Program-made: the position numbers and the translations under genes
Notes under the pieces: model-generated
The model's database searches: none
Seen by the model: only the letters and a program-made list of their open reading frames with translations
Told to the model about the DNA's origin: nothing
Assembly (NCBI GenBank): GCA_043800255.1
Contig: JAZDNF010000016.1
Span: 1-29,312 of the forward strand
Direction: 5' to 3'
Source: Candidatus Altiarchaeota archaeon
GTDB taxonomy: Archaea > Altiarchaeota > Altiarchaeia > IMC4 > SCGC-AAA252-I15
DNA length: 29,312 bases
Shown here: piece after piece, positions 9,218 through 17,276 of the stretch
Position numbering within the stretch: position 1 is the stretch's first letter
How the letters are laid out: each line of letters starts with the position of its first letter

Positions 9218-9608
9218 CAGATTTCACCCTGACCTTCCCAACTTTCTTCCGGTTTGATGCGACAAAATTGGTCTGGAGAACCCGAATTAGGATAGCATCC
9301 CTGATAGCCTTGTTATCCTTCCCCCGCGACTTGTATAGTGCAAAATGTAGTAACTCGTTTGCAAACTCTCGCCCCAAAGACTCAACACTACGACCAGTCT
9401 TCGACCTCATACTGACAACAACCTTCTTTTTTGGATCACCGTCCAAAACAACCCAAACGCGATCCGTAAAGACGTACGCTGCAGAATAGATGACATCTAA
9501 CGGGTATATCAGAGGGTTAACATCCACCAAAACGGAACCTGACGCAGGATCAAAACGTATATTAGCAACACCTGAAAGGTTTTTCCTTGATTTAGATTTT
9601 GCAGACAT
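9195..9608 (-). CDS. hxsD: His-Xaa-Ser system protein HxsD
   Basis: IYPLDVIYSAAYVFTDR...EFANELL...IRDAIL pattern. GAGGT SD before ATG 9608. Confidence 0.75.
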   Translation of the reverse strand: MSAKSKSRKNLSGVANIRFDPASGSVLVDVNPLIYPLDVIYSAAYVFTDRVWVVLDGDPKKKVVVSMRSKTGRSVESLGREFANELLHFALYKSRGKDNKAIRDAILIRVLQTNFVASNRKKVGKVRVKSGEAHNTP

Positions 9609-9653
9609 CAGCAACCTCAAAAAAAAACAATTATTATTTGATGAATACGCCTA

Positions 9654-10673
9654 TTAAATCAGATTAAAAAAGGATAGCAGGTAGTAGACTACATTACCTC
9701 TCATCAGGTGAGTAAGCAAAGCTCCTGCAAAAATTAGGGGAGCGAAAGGAAGGCTAACGTGCACTAATATGCTGTCAAAAGACAGCTTATTATCATCGGA
9801 AAGTCGTCTAAGCCTTCGTATATCATCTTCAGACAACCCACCTATGCCAGGCTCTAGCAGATAAACCTCACTCTCTTTATTCTTGGCAGGAATCATCCCC
9901 AGCTTGAGGTCACTAATGCGGACTCTTCTGGTAGATACAATAAAGCTTACGGAGTAGATAACCTGCATAGCCAGTATTATAGGGGATAGGAGGAGTGCGT
10001 CTACCGCTAATGAGCGGATACCCTCATTGGCGAGGATAATGCGGGCTATCACAAAAGCTGCGGACAGATGAGTCAAATTAAGGCTCTGCATGCGTGAAAA
10101 AACAGATAGTAATAAGTATGTGAAGAACAAAGACAGTAGGATGTTGCCTTCTAAGCCAGAAAACTCGAACAAAATCCTGGAAAACCACATTAGACCCAGC
10201 AAAAACAGCAACGCTGTCAGAAATGCCTTGAAATTTAATGCATTCCTGACTGCAAGCTCCTTTTGACTGTAAGACGTCTCGATAAAAAATTTATAAAGCA
10301 TGAAAAACAGGCCGAGCAGGAAGGTGTTGAATAACAGCGTGAATGACGGAAAAAGCGACACGAAGCCAACCTTGTAGGATGCCAAAGGCAATAGAGCTGA
10401 GTAGACTATAAAAAGTTTGCCATCACCCGCAGACCATAACCTAAGCTCCCACAATGAAAATCCAACGAGAGAGGACATAATAACGTTTATAGAGTAAACA
10501 AAAAAAGCGTGCGAGTCTATACTGAGTATATAGTTTAATAGCAGACCGACGAGCAACATAGGTGCCAGATGCTTGTTTCTTATTTTGCCATGCCGTATGT
10601 CAGAAATAGATGTTATAACTCCTATGACAGAGATAACTATCAGAAGGGTAATGTTCCCTGAAGAATAGATCAT
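9654..10673 (-). CDS. A24-family prepilin/preflagellin-type aspartic peptidase (EppA/FlaK-like)
   Basis: First catalytic Asp in SISDIRHGKIRN, GxGD-like SAGDGKL, extra TM helices, C-terminal DLKLGMIP...GLSEDDI...PFAPLIFAG. Confidence 0.85.
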   Translation of the reverse strand: MIYSSGNITLLIVISVIGVITSISDIRHGKIRNKHLAPMLLVGLLLNYILSIDSHAFFVYSINVIMSSLVGFSLWELRLWSAGDGKLFIVYSALLPLASYKVGFVSLFPSFTLLFNTFLLGLFFMLYKFFIETSYSQKELAVRNALNFKAFLTALLFLLGLMWFSRILFEFSGLEGNILLSLFFTYLLLSVFSRMQSLNLTHLSAAFVIARIILANEGIRSLAVDALLLSPIILAMQVIYSVSFIVSTRRVRISDLKLGMIPAKNKESEVYLLEPGIGGLSEDDIRRLRRLSDDNKLSFDSILVHVSLPFAPLIFAGALLTHLMRGNVVYYLLSFFNLI

Positions 10674-10678
10674 ATTTT

Positions 10679-11164
10679 TTATGGCTCATGTATGAAGCCA
10701 ACATTAAGTTGGATAGTATTACTCCGGGGTATAACAGTGAATGCCAGCAACATCTCACCAGGTTTGAGACCAGTAATAACAAGATCATTGCAATTTTCTT
10801 CAACAAGTACGCCAACTCCATCAACGTACATTTCATTAAAACATCCGTCGATTTCAATCCTCAATGAGGAATTTGACGGTACCACAAGACGGGAACGAAA
10901 AAATGATGTCCTGCCATCCTTTTGCTTGAAGGGTAGGTTTATTGTCTTCCAGTTAGAATCGTTAAACATAGGTATATACCAACCACTTTTAAGTACATAG
11001 GACTGCTTCCAAGAGCCAGCATATGGAATCGAAGGAACGTGGTTGTCTAACAAGTCTGTAGGATAATCGGCAACAGTCAAGATGTAATTACGAATGATGA
11101 AGAGTGAGAACAAAAAGACTAAAGCCACTATACAGATTGTTTTCCAGTCCCTCTTCTGAGCCAT
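10679..11164 (-). CDS. Membrane-anchored/secreted protein with galactose-binding-like jelly-roll domain
   Basis: N-terminal TM. WY...FNDSNWKTINLP...FFR...IDG..EMYVDG resembles GH2 N-terminal sugar-binding domains. TATA-like AATATATA about 30 nt upstream. Confidence 0.55.
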   Translation of the reverse strand: MAQKRDWKTICIVALVFLFSLFIIRNYILTVADYPTDLLDNHVPSIPYAGSWKQSYVLKSGWYIPMFNDSNWKTINLPFKQKDGRTSFFRSRLVVPSNSSLRIEIDGCFNEMYVDGVGVLVEENCNDLVITGLKPGEMLLAFTVIPRSNTIQLNVGFIHEP

Positions 11165-11290
11165 AGTGTCGTATTTTTATTAGGTAAAAAGGTATATATT
11201 CATGAAAGGCAGGCGTTAGGATAGCAGACATCATAGTGACGCTGATTTGACAGCATTCTTTGAAACGCTCGGCTGCTTCTCCAATTGTGA

Positions 11291-13465
11291 TCAGAACTCA
11301 ACGCCGGCTGAAAGCTCCTCCAATTCGACGTCGCTTATCGGCGGCTCCTTGGGTGAAGGGCCTCTGCCCTTGCTCTTCCGGAATATCGAAATTAGAAGAA
11401 CGAGTATCAGAACGGCTAGAACAACCGGTAAAAACTTGCTCAACATGTCAGAAGCCTCCGAAGTACGCTCCGCCTTCTTAGCCTCCACACCACTCATAAA
11501 GGCTTCGACCTCTGAAACCGCGGTCTGATTGCCCAGATCCGCGTATATAAGCTTCGCCTGCCCGGCAGAGGCTAAAGCATTGTCATAGTCTATTGAAATC
11601 TCATACCTTTTCGCGGAGTCGAAGTACGCTACAGCGACATCGCCCAGCAGCTTATCAGATTTCCCTATCCCATCACTATCGCCAATCTCCTTGTAGATTA
11701 GTTTAGCCTCTCCAACAACGGTCGTCGAACCAGAATAGTTCCTGAAGTTGTACAGGTTAAGGGCGCTGCTATATAAGCCGTCAGCCTCGAACTTTCTGGT
11801 GCCCCTCATCTCAGTCCTGATCTGCGTCAGAAGCCGATCAGCCTTCTGGACGCCAACAGTGTCGTTTATGCCCTGATATATCTCCCTGGCAGCTCGGATG
11901 TACGTTATCGACTCATTGTACTTGTTTATGCCATAAAAGTCCAACGCCTTGTCGTAGTTGAAGTCAGCTATCCTCTTCTTGTCAGACTCGACGCCGGATC
12001 TTATCAAATCCAGGAGGAGGTCGATTTTCGGGAATCCGGACGGGTCTCGTATTTCAGAATAAAGTTCCCTCGCCCTGTCGAGGTAGATTATCGCCAACGT
12101 GTAATCGCCGGCATCATACTGCTCCTGCGCAATCCGGTAGTAGTATTCAGCCTCCTCCTTCTTCACGTAGGACTCGCGCATCTCATACAGTGTGACATTA
12201 TAGTCTGATGCCAGAAGCATGTCAACAAAGGAGTCGTTGTCAACGTCACCCAGAGTGATATCATAGACGGGGTGGCCCAGATACTGCTTCCACTTCAGAT
12301 TCCCGTTGCCGTAGAATACGTACATGTAGTTGTCGCGGTTGCCGACGAGGATTTCAACGCTGCCGTCGTTGTCAACATCCGAGACTTCGATAGACTTCGG
12401 CTCGCCCGAGAACCGGTACTTCCAGATAAGCTTCCCGTTTGAGTCCAGCACGTAGAGGGTATTATCGCCTGCGCCTGCTATAACCTCAAGCTTCGGGGTG
12501 CCCTCGAGGTTGGCTGCATGCAGAAGGTAGACGTCACTCCCAACATAGTAAGTCCAGTTAACCGTCCTGTTCTGGCTCAACACATAAATGTAGCCGTTGT
12601 CTGATCCTGCGAGTATCAGCTTCTCGCCAGAGTCGAACAGGTCTGCGGAGTGCACGACCCTCACCTTCGCATTCTTGGCAGTCTCCCCGTTCGGGTTTAT
12701 TATGGGCACAAGGTTGAAAGTGTACACGTCAGGTACGTCCTCCTCTATAACCTCTTTCTCGGTCAGGTTGTAGATCCAGCGTATGCTGCCATCATCGTCC
12801 AACAGGACGACGCTCCCGTTTCGCGTGAAATACTCCAGCAGAGTCCAGTTCTCCCTGTCATTAGCATAATCCGGGCCGTGAACCCACCACTCATCCCTGC
12901 TGAAATCGCCAGTCCCTAATATGAGCTCCAAATTTTCATCGGAATCTATGTCTATTGGGTCGATATCCTGGACGCTCGTCTCATAATCGAAAGTCCACTT
13001 TAGGGTAAGATCATGCTCATAGACTATGACCCGGCCCATGTTTCTGAGGGTCTTGAAGAGAACCCGACCATATCTGACGATAGTCTGGTCTGATTTGTTG
13101 TACTCATTCCAGGGATGCTCTACAAGCTCCCGCTTGCCCAATGTCCCAAGAACTAGTTCGAGCTCTCCGTCAGCGTCCACGTCCAGCATTCTGAGAACTT
13201 TGACTGTTCCGGTGTCGTTCACATTCCCTATGGAAACGTTCAATCTTAGCTTTCCATCAGAGTCAAAAAAGGACAGGGTGTTGTTTTTGTCAGCTACGAT
13301 GATGTCCTGGAATCCGTCTGAATCGAAATCCGCGATCGTGGCAGCGCCAACGCCAACCGTAAACGGCAGCCTCACCCTAGCATCGAGTTTGTCCTCTGTG
13401 GAAGCATTAACTGCGGGAGAAAGCAGGAGAAACGCCAAAAACAGGATCAGTATCTTCTCTTTCAT
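11291..13465 (-). CDS. Cell-surface FG-GAP/PQQ-like beta-propeller protein with TPR-like helical stalk and C-terminal TM anchor
   Basis: Signal peptide (…PAVNA), repeated DxDxDGxxE motifs with GxLxW, helical A..IY..IGD repeats, C-terminal hydrophobic helix followed by RKSK. Confidence 0.8.
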   Translation of the reverse strand: MKEKILILFLAFLLLSPAVNASTEDKLDARVRLPFTVGVGAATIADFDSDGFQDIIVADKNNTLSFFDSDGKLRLNVSIGNVNDTGTVKVLRMLDVDADGELELVLGTLGKRELVEHPWNEYNKSDQTIVRYGRVLFKTLRNMGRVIVYEHDLTLKWTFDYETSVQDIDPIDIDSDENLELILGTGDFSRDEWWVHGPDYANDRENWTLLEYFTRNGSVVLLDDDGSIRWIYNLTEKEVIEEDVPDVYTFNLVPIINPNGETAKNAKVRVVHSADLFDSGEKLILAGSDNGYIYVLSQNRTVNWTYYVGSDVYLLHAANLEGTPKLEVIAGAGDNTLYVLDSNGKLIWKYRFSGEPKSIEVSDVDNDGSVEILVGNRDNYMYVFYGNGNLKWKQYLGHPVYDITLGDVDNDSFVDMLLASDYNVTLYEMRESYVKKEEAEYYYRIAQEQYDAGDYTLAIIYLDRARELYSEIRDPSGFPKIDLLLDLIRSGVESDKKRIADFNYDKALDFYGINKYNESITYIRAAREIYQGINDTVGVQKADRLLTQIRTEMRGTRKFEADGLYSSALNLYNFRNYSGSTTVVGEAKLIYKEIGDSDGIGKSDKLLGDVAVAYFDSAKRYEISIDYDNALASAGQAKLIYADLGNQTAVSEVEAFMSGVEAKKAERTSEASDMLSKFLPVVLAVLILVLLISIFRKSKGRGPSPKEPPISDVELEELSAGVEF

Positions 13466-13466
13466 G

Positions 13467-14408
13467 TCAGGGTGCCTCTATCTGGGACAGCACTTTCTCG
13501 ATAACCTCGTCTGTTGTTGTGCCGTAATCTCTTACGTTAGGGTCTAATATGATTCTGTGCCTAAGTATGGGGTATGCCAGGTACTGTATGTCCTCGACGG
13601 TAACGTGGTCTCTGCCGTGGAGGAATGCCCTTGCTTTTCCTGTGTTCATGAACGCTATCTCAGCCCTCGGGCTGGCGCCGGTCCACACCTCCCTGCGCTC
13701 TCTTGTTGCTCTTACAATCTTCGTGACATAATCCAGAAGTGTCTCGGATATTGTCACATTCGCAGCTATCTCATCCTTTATTATCAACGCCTCCGCAGGC
13801 GTGAAAACCTTCTGAACCTCCTCATGATGGGATTTCGACTTCAGGATTGAAAGCTCATCCTCCTTGCTCAGGTACTCCAGATCGAGTTTTAACAGGAAAC
13901 GGTCCTTCTGGGCCTCCGGGAGGGGATTGGTTCCAACCTGCTCGACAGGGTTCTGGGTCGCGATGACGATAAATGGTTGAGGCAGCTTGTAGGATACCCC
14001 TCTGAAGGTGGCAGTTTTCTCCTCCATCACCTCCAGCAACGCCGACTGCGTCAGCGGGGGAGCCCTGTTGATCTCGTCTATCAGCAGGAGATTAGTGAAG
14101 ACCGGACCTTTCCGGAGCAGGTACTTGGCCTCCTCCTCGTCGTATATGCTCTCCCCCAGAAGCTCGGTCGGCGTCAGGTCGTTAGTGCACTGCACCCTCT
14201 TGAAGTCGCAGTCTATCGTCTTCGCAATGGTATTGGCAAGGACAGTCTTTCCCATACCTGGAACGCTCTCAAGCAGTATGTGACCGCCGCAGAACAATGA
14301 GATGAGTACGCCCTCTATGATGTCATCATTGCCGATTATGACCTTGTGGACTTCGTTTATTATCCTGCTGAACTGCTGGAACACGTCCTTGTCCTTCTCG
14401 AGGGCCAT
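13467..14408 (-). CDS. moxR: MoxR-family AAA+ ATPase
   Basis: HILLESVPGMGKT (Walker A), LLIDEINRA (Walker B), IATQNPVE, GTNPLPEAQKDRF, GASPRA, LRHRI. Confidence 0.95.
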   Translation of the reverse strand: MALEKDKDVFQQFSRIINEVHKVIIGNDDIIEGVLISLFCGGHILLESVPGMGKTVLANTIAKTIDCDFKRVQCTNDLTPTELLGESIYDEEEAKYLLRKGPVFTNLLLIDEINRAPPLTQSALLEVMEEKTATFRGVSYKLPQPFIVIATQNPVEQVGTNPLPEAQKDRFLLKLDLEYLSKEDELSILKSKSHHEEVQKVFTPAEALIIKDEIAANVTISETLLDYVTKIVRATRERREVWTGASPRAEIAFMNTGKARAFLHGRDHVTVEDIQYLAYPILRHRIILDPNVRDYGTTTDEVIEKVLSQIEAP

Positions 14409-14442
14409 CGCTTATTTATTTCCAATTAGACTATAAAATCGG

Positions 14443-17214
14443 TCATAATTCGACGCCCCTGTCGCATGACGACAGCACCGTTTTAACAACGGGTTTGTTG
14501 GAGTCGTCGCTGGTTGCCAGTATCAGAGCAGAAATCTTGTCTATCCTGAGCTTGTTTATGATGAAATGAGCCATCTCCTCAACAGGCTTGGATTCGTTGT
14601 AGATGAGCAGGCTTGAAAGCGAGTCGAACATCAGGAACTTCCTGCCGGATTTGACCTTGGACAGCATCCTGTCAACGTGCATGCTTATCTCCTCAAGAGA
14701 CGCCGGGTTTTCGATGAAAACGACATTTTCCCCGCCGTCTGTAGTCTTCCCCGCCATCGTTGAGATGCAGTCTATGAAGTAGAGGTCATCAGCGGTTATC
14801 CCATTCTCTCCCATGGCATCCTTCAGGCTTGAATAGGGTTTGTTGAACGTCAGGTACACCCCGCCGAACTGTTTCATCGCCTTCAGAACCTTCAAAGCGG
14901 CTATTATCACCTTCGAATGTTCGACAGGATTGTACGTTAGAAGAACTATCGGGCTCTCAGAGTCTGGAAACGCGTCCGACAGCTTGAGCACAGCCTCCTC
15001 CATCTTGGTCCTGCGGGCCTCCTGGTCCTTCTCCCTGACACCTTTCGTGCTCTCTTTCACGCTCATGGTTATCATGTTCGACGACTTCATGTACTGCTTG
15101 TCATCCTGATCGTGGTACAGCACTTCAAGAGGCCGGAAGTCGTAGACGCCAATCTCTTTGGGGGTGATCTTGAAGAGAAGCGTCTTTGACTCGTTCTTTT
15201 TCAGAATGTCTATCCTATCTGCCTCTGACACAGTCTCGAATTCTATGGGAACATTCGACCTGAAAACTATCTTCTTAACGTCCTGACCCCCCTTGTTGGT
15301 TATGATCCCGTTCAGTTTGACAATCTCGTCTTTCTCTGCGGATGAAGGCTGATTGACTGACAGTATGATCTCCGGTTTCGAGGCGATGTGGCCCAGAAGT
15401 TTCTCAGCCTCTGTCTTTAGCGCGTCAATGTGTCTCTTGTAGAAAAAATCAAGCTCCGTTTTGTCAATACCTGAGGTTCGGGAGACCACGTTGTTCAACA
15501 TCTCGGATGACTTGGCGTACTCCGCCTCCATGAGCATGAGCTTGGCATTCGCAAGGTTAAGCTGTATGTCCGCCAGATTTGCTTTCAGCTCATCTCCCAG
15601 ATGCCTGTAGAGGTCAACAGCCTTCTTGAGATTGTCAGCGGCCTTCTTGGGCAGCTCGGTCCTCAGGTATCCCTCACCGATGTCCGAATAGGCCCGCGCG
15701 ATTTTCTCATCATCCCTGTCAGCCTTCAGCTCCTCAGAGTCCAGGAACTCTGTCTGCTGCCATATCATCTTGTTGCAGTGGTTTCTTTCCGCGCTTTCCT
15801 GGTTCATGTAGCCGTAACACCATGAGGCTAGCTTATAGCTGTTGGCTGCGTTAAAGTAATCCTTCTTTTTCGAGAAGTCGTCCCCAGTCTTCTCGAAATA
15901 CTGGGCAGCATGGGAGTAGTCCCCAGCCTGCAAATAGGCGTCAGTCGCCCTTTCAAGTTTTCCGGCGTTAACGTACAATTTAGCAGCCTTCTGGAAGGCC
16001 TCAACCGCCTTCTCAGCATTGCCCCCTTTTTTCTCGGATTCGCCCATGATGAAGTATAGGTCTGCCGCCTTCTCATTATCCTTGAGCTTTTCATAGCTTT
16101 CGGCAGCTGCCAGGTATTTAGAGCCGACAGACTCCAGTCTGCCGCTGACCTTGTCGCTTTCGGCAAGACTTAGGCTTAAGTCGACTATCTTCTTCCTCGC
16201 CTCAACGGACTCGAACGACTTTCTGGCAGCATCTGCCAGAGTAGCAGCGTCATTGAAGTATTTGATGGCAGTTTCAATGTCGCCCAGAGTCTCATGACAA
16301 CCTCCCAGATCCATGAGGGCGGACGCCTGGCTTGCCTGGTCTTTTGTCTCTGAGGCAAGTTTCTCGGCAATGGAGAAGTAGGTTATAGCCTCCTTCAGCT
16401 TGTTTGTCTGCTTGTAGCATTTGCCAACGCGGGTATAGTTTTTAATCGCGCTGCCCAGATTGCTCTCCTTCCGGTAGAGTTCAGCCGCCTTAAGGTAATA
16501 GTCAATGGCATTCTCATAATCTTTCTTGTTCTCGTAAGAGGATGCCACCTTCTCATCGCATTCCGCGAACTTCAGGTAGTCATTCGACTTTTCAGCAAGA
16601 CCACCCGCAAGCTTATAAGACTCCAGTGCTTTGTCGTTGTCGCCGTCAAGCTGATAGCAGTTGCCTGCGCTTACAAGATTGTCGCTTGCCTTGGGATAGT
16701 CCTTTAATTTTATGTTCAGGGCGCCAGCCATCTCGTACAGTTTGCCGGCCTTCTTACAGTCCTTAATCTTCTCGTAGTATTGCGCCGCCTCCTGCAGCGC
16801 ATGGCTTGCTTCGAACGTCTGCCCTAGCTCAGCATACATGAGGGCTGCTTTCTCGTCGTATTTCGCGGCACTGTCAAAGTTGCCTAACGTCTCGAAACAC
16901 TGGCCTGCAGACCCGTATGCCAGCGCAGCCTTGTGTTTTATCCCCAATTTGTCGAACATGTCCCCCGCCCGGATGTAATATTCACTGGCGCTGTTAAGGT
17001 TGTGGAACTTCTCATCCTCAAGAAGAACTTCGATTTTGGAGTAACATTCGGCCACCTTTACCAGCAGTTCAGCAACGTCAGTAGTCTGATCATCTGCTTT
17101 AGACTTCAGGACTTTAAGGTAGTTTGCTACGGCCTTTCTGTAGTTTTTGCCGGCGTAGCTATTCTCAGCCAGTTTCAAAGCTACGGAGGAGGTGGCCCTG
17201 TCCAGGATTCCCAT
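14443..17214 (-). CDS. TPR/alpha-SNAP-like repeat protein with Ig-like (CARDB-type) domain and C-terminal degenerate RecA/KaiC-like domain
   Basis: About 600 aa of A..Y..AA..Y helical repeats, then a beta-rich segment (ITNKGG...LLFKITPKEIG.Y), then GGVYLTFNKP...YFIDCIS...FDSLSSLLIYN with no Walker A. Confidence 0.75.
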   Translation of the reverse strand: MGILDRATSSVALKLAENSYAGKNYRKAVANYLKVLKSKADDQTTDVAELLVKVAECYSKIEVLLEDEKFHNLNSASEYYIRAGDMFDKLGIKHKAALAYGSAGQCFETLGNFDSAAKYDEKAALMYAELGQTFEASHALQEAAQYYEKIKDCKKAGKLYEMAGALNIKLKDYPKASDNLVSAGNCYQLDGDNDKALESYKLAGGLAEKSNDYLKFAECDEKVASSYENKKDYENAIDYYLKAAELYRKESNLGSAIKNYTRVGKCYKQTNKLKEAITYFSIAEKLASETKDQASQASALMDLGGCHETLGDIETAIKYFNDAATLADAARKSFESVEARKKIVDLSLSLAESDKVSGRLESVGSKYLAAAESYEKLKDNEKAADLYFIMGESEKKGGNAEKAVEAFQKAAKLYVNAGKLERATDAYLQAGDYSHAAQYFEKTGDDFSKKKDYFNAANSYKLASWCYGYMNQESAERNHCNKMIWQQTEFLDSEELKADRDDEKIARAYSDIGEGYLRTELPKKAADNLKKAVDLYRHLGDELKANLADIQLNLANAKLMLMEAEYAKSSEMLNNVVSRTSGIDKTELDFFYKRHIDALKTEAEKLLGHIASKPEIILSVNQPSSAEKDEIVKLNGIITNKGGQDVKKIVFRSNVPIEFETVSEADRIDILKKNESKTLLFKITPKEIGVYDFRPLEVLYHDQDDKQYMKSSNMITMSVKESTKGVREKDQEARRTKMEEAVLKLSDAFPDSESPIVLLTYNPVEHSKVIIAALKVLKAMKQFGGVYLTFNKPYSSLKDAMGENGITADDLYFIDCISTMAGKTTDGGENVVFIENPASLEEISMHVDRMLSKVKSGRKFLMFDSLSSLLIYNESKPVEEMAHFIINKLRIDKISALILATSDDSNKPVVKTVLSSCDRGVEL

Positions 17215-17239
17215 TGCGATAATATCTTTAATTGTGTGC

Positions 17240-17247
17240 TATAAATA
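17240..17247. promoter_or_regulatory. Likely bidirectional TATA box (TATAAATA/TATTTATA) between divergent TPR gene and argS
   Basis: About 25-30 nt from both start codons (17214 and 17277), consistent with leaderless archaeal transcripts. Confidence 0.5.
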
Positions 17248-17276
17248 TTCTAACAACAATAGCAGACTATTTGACG

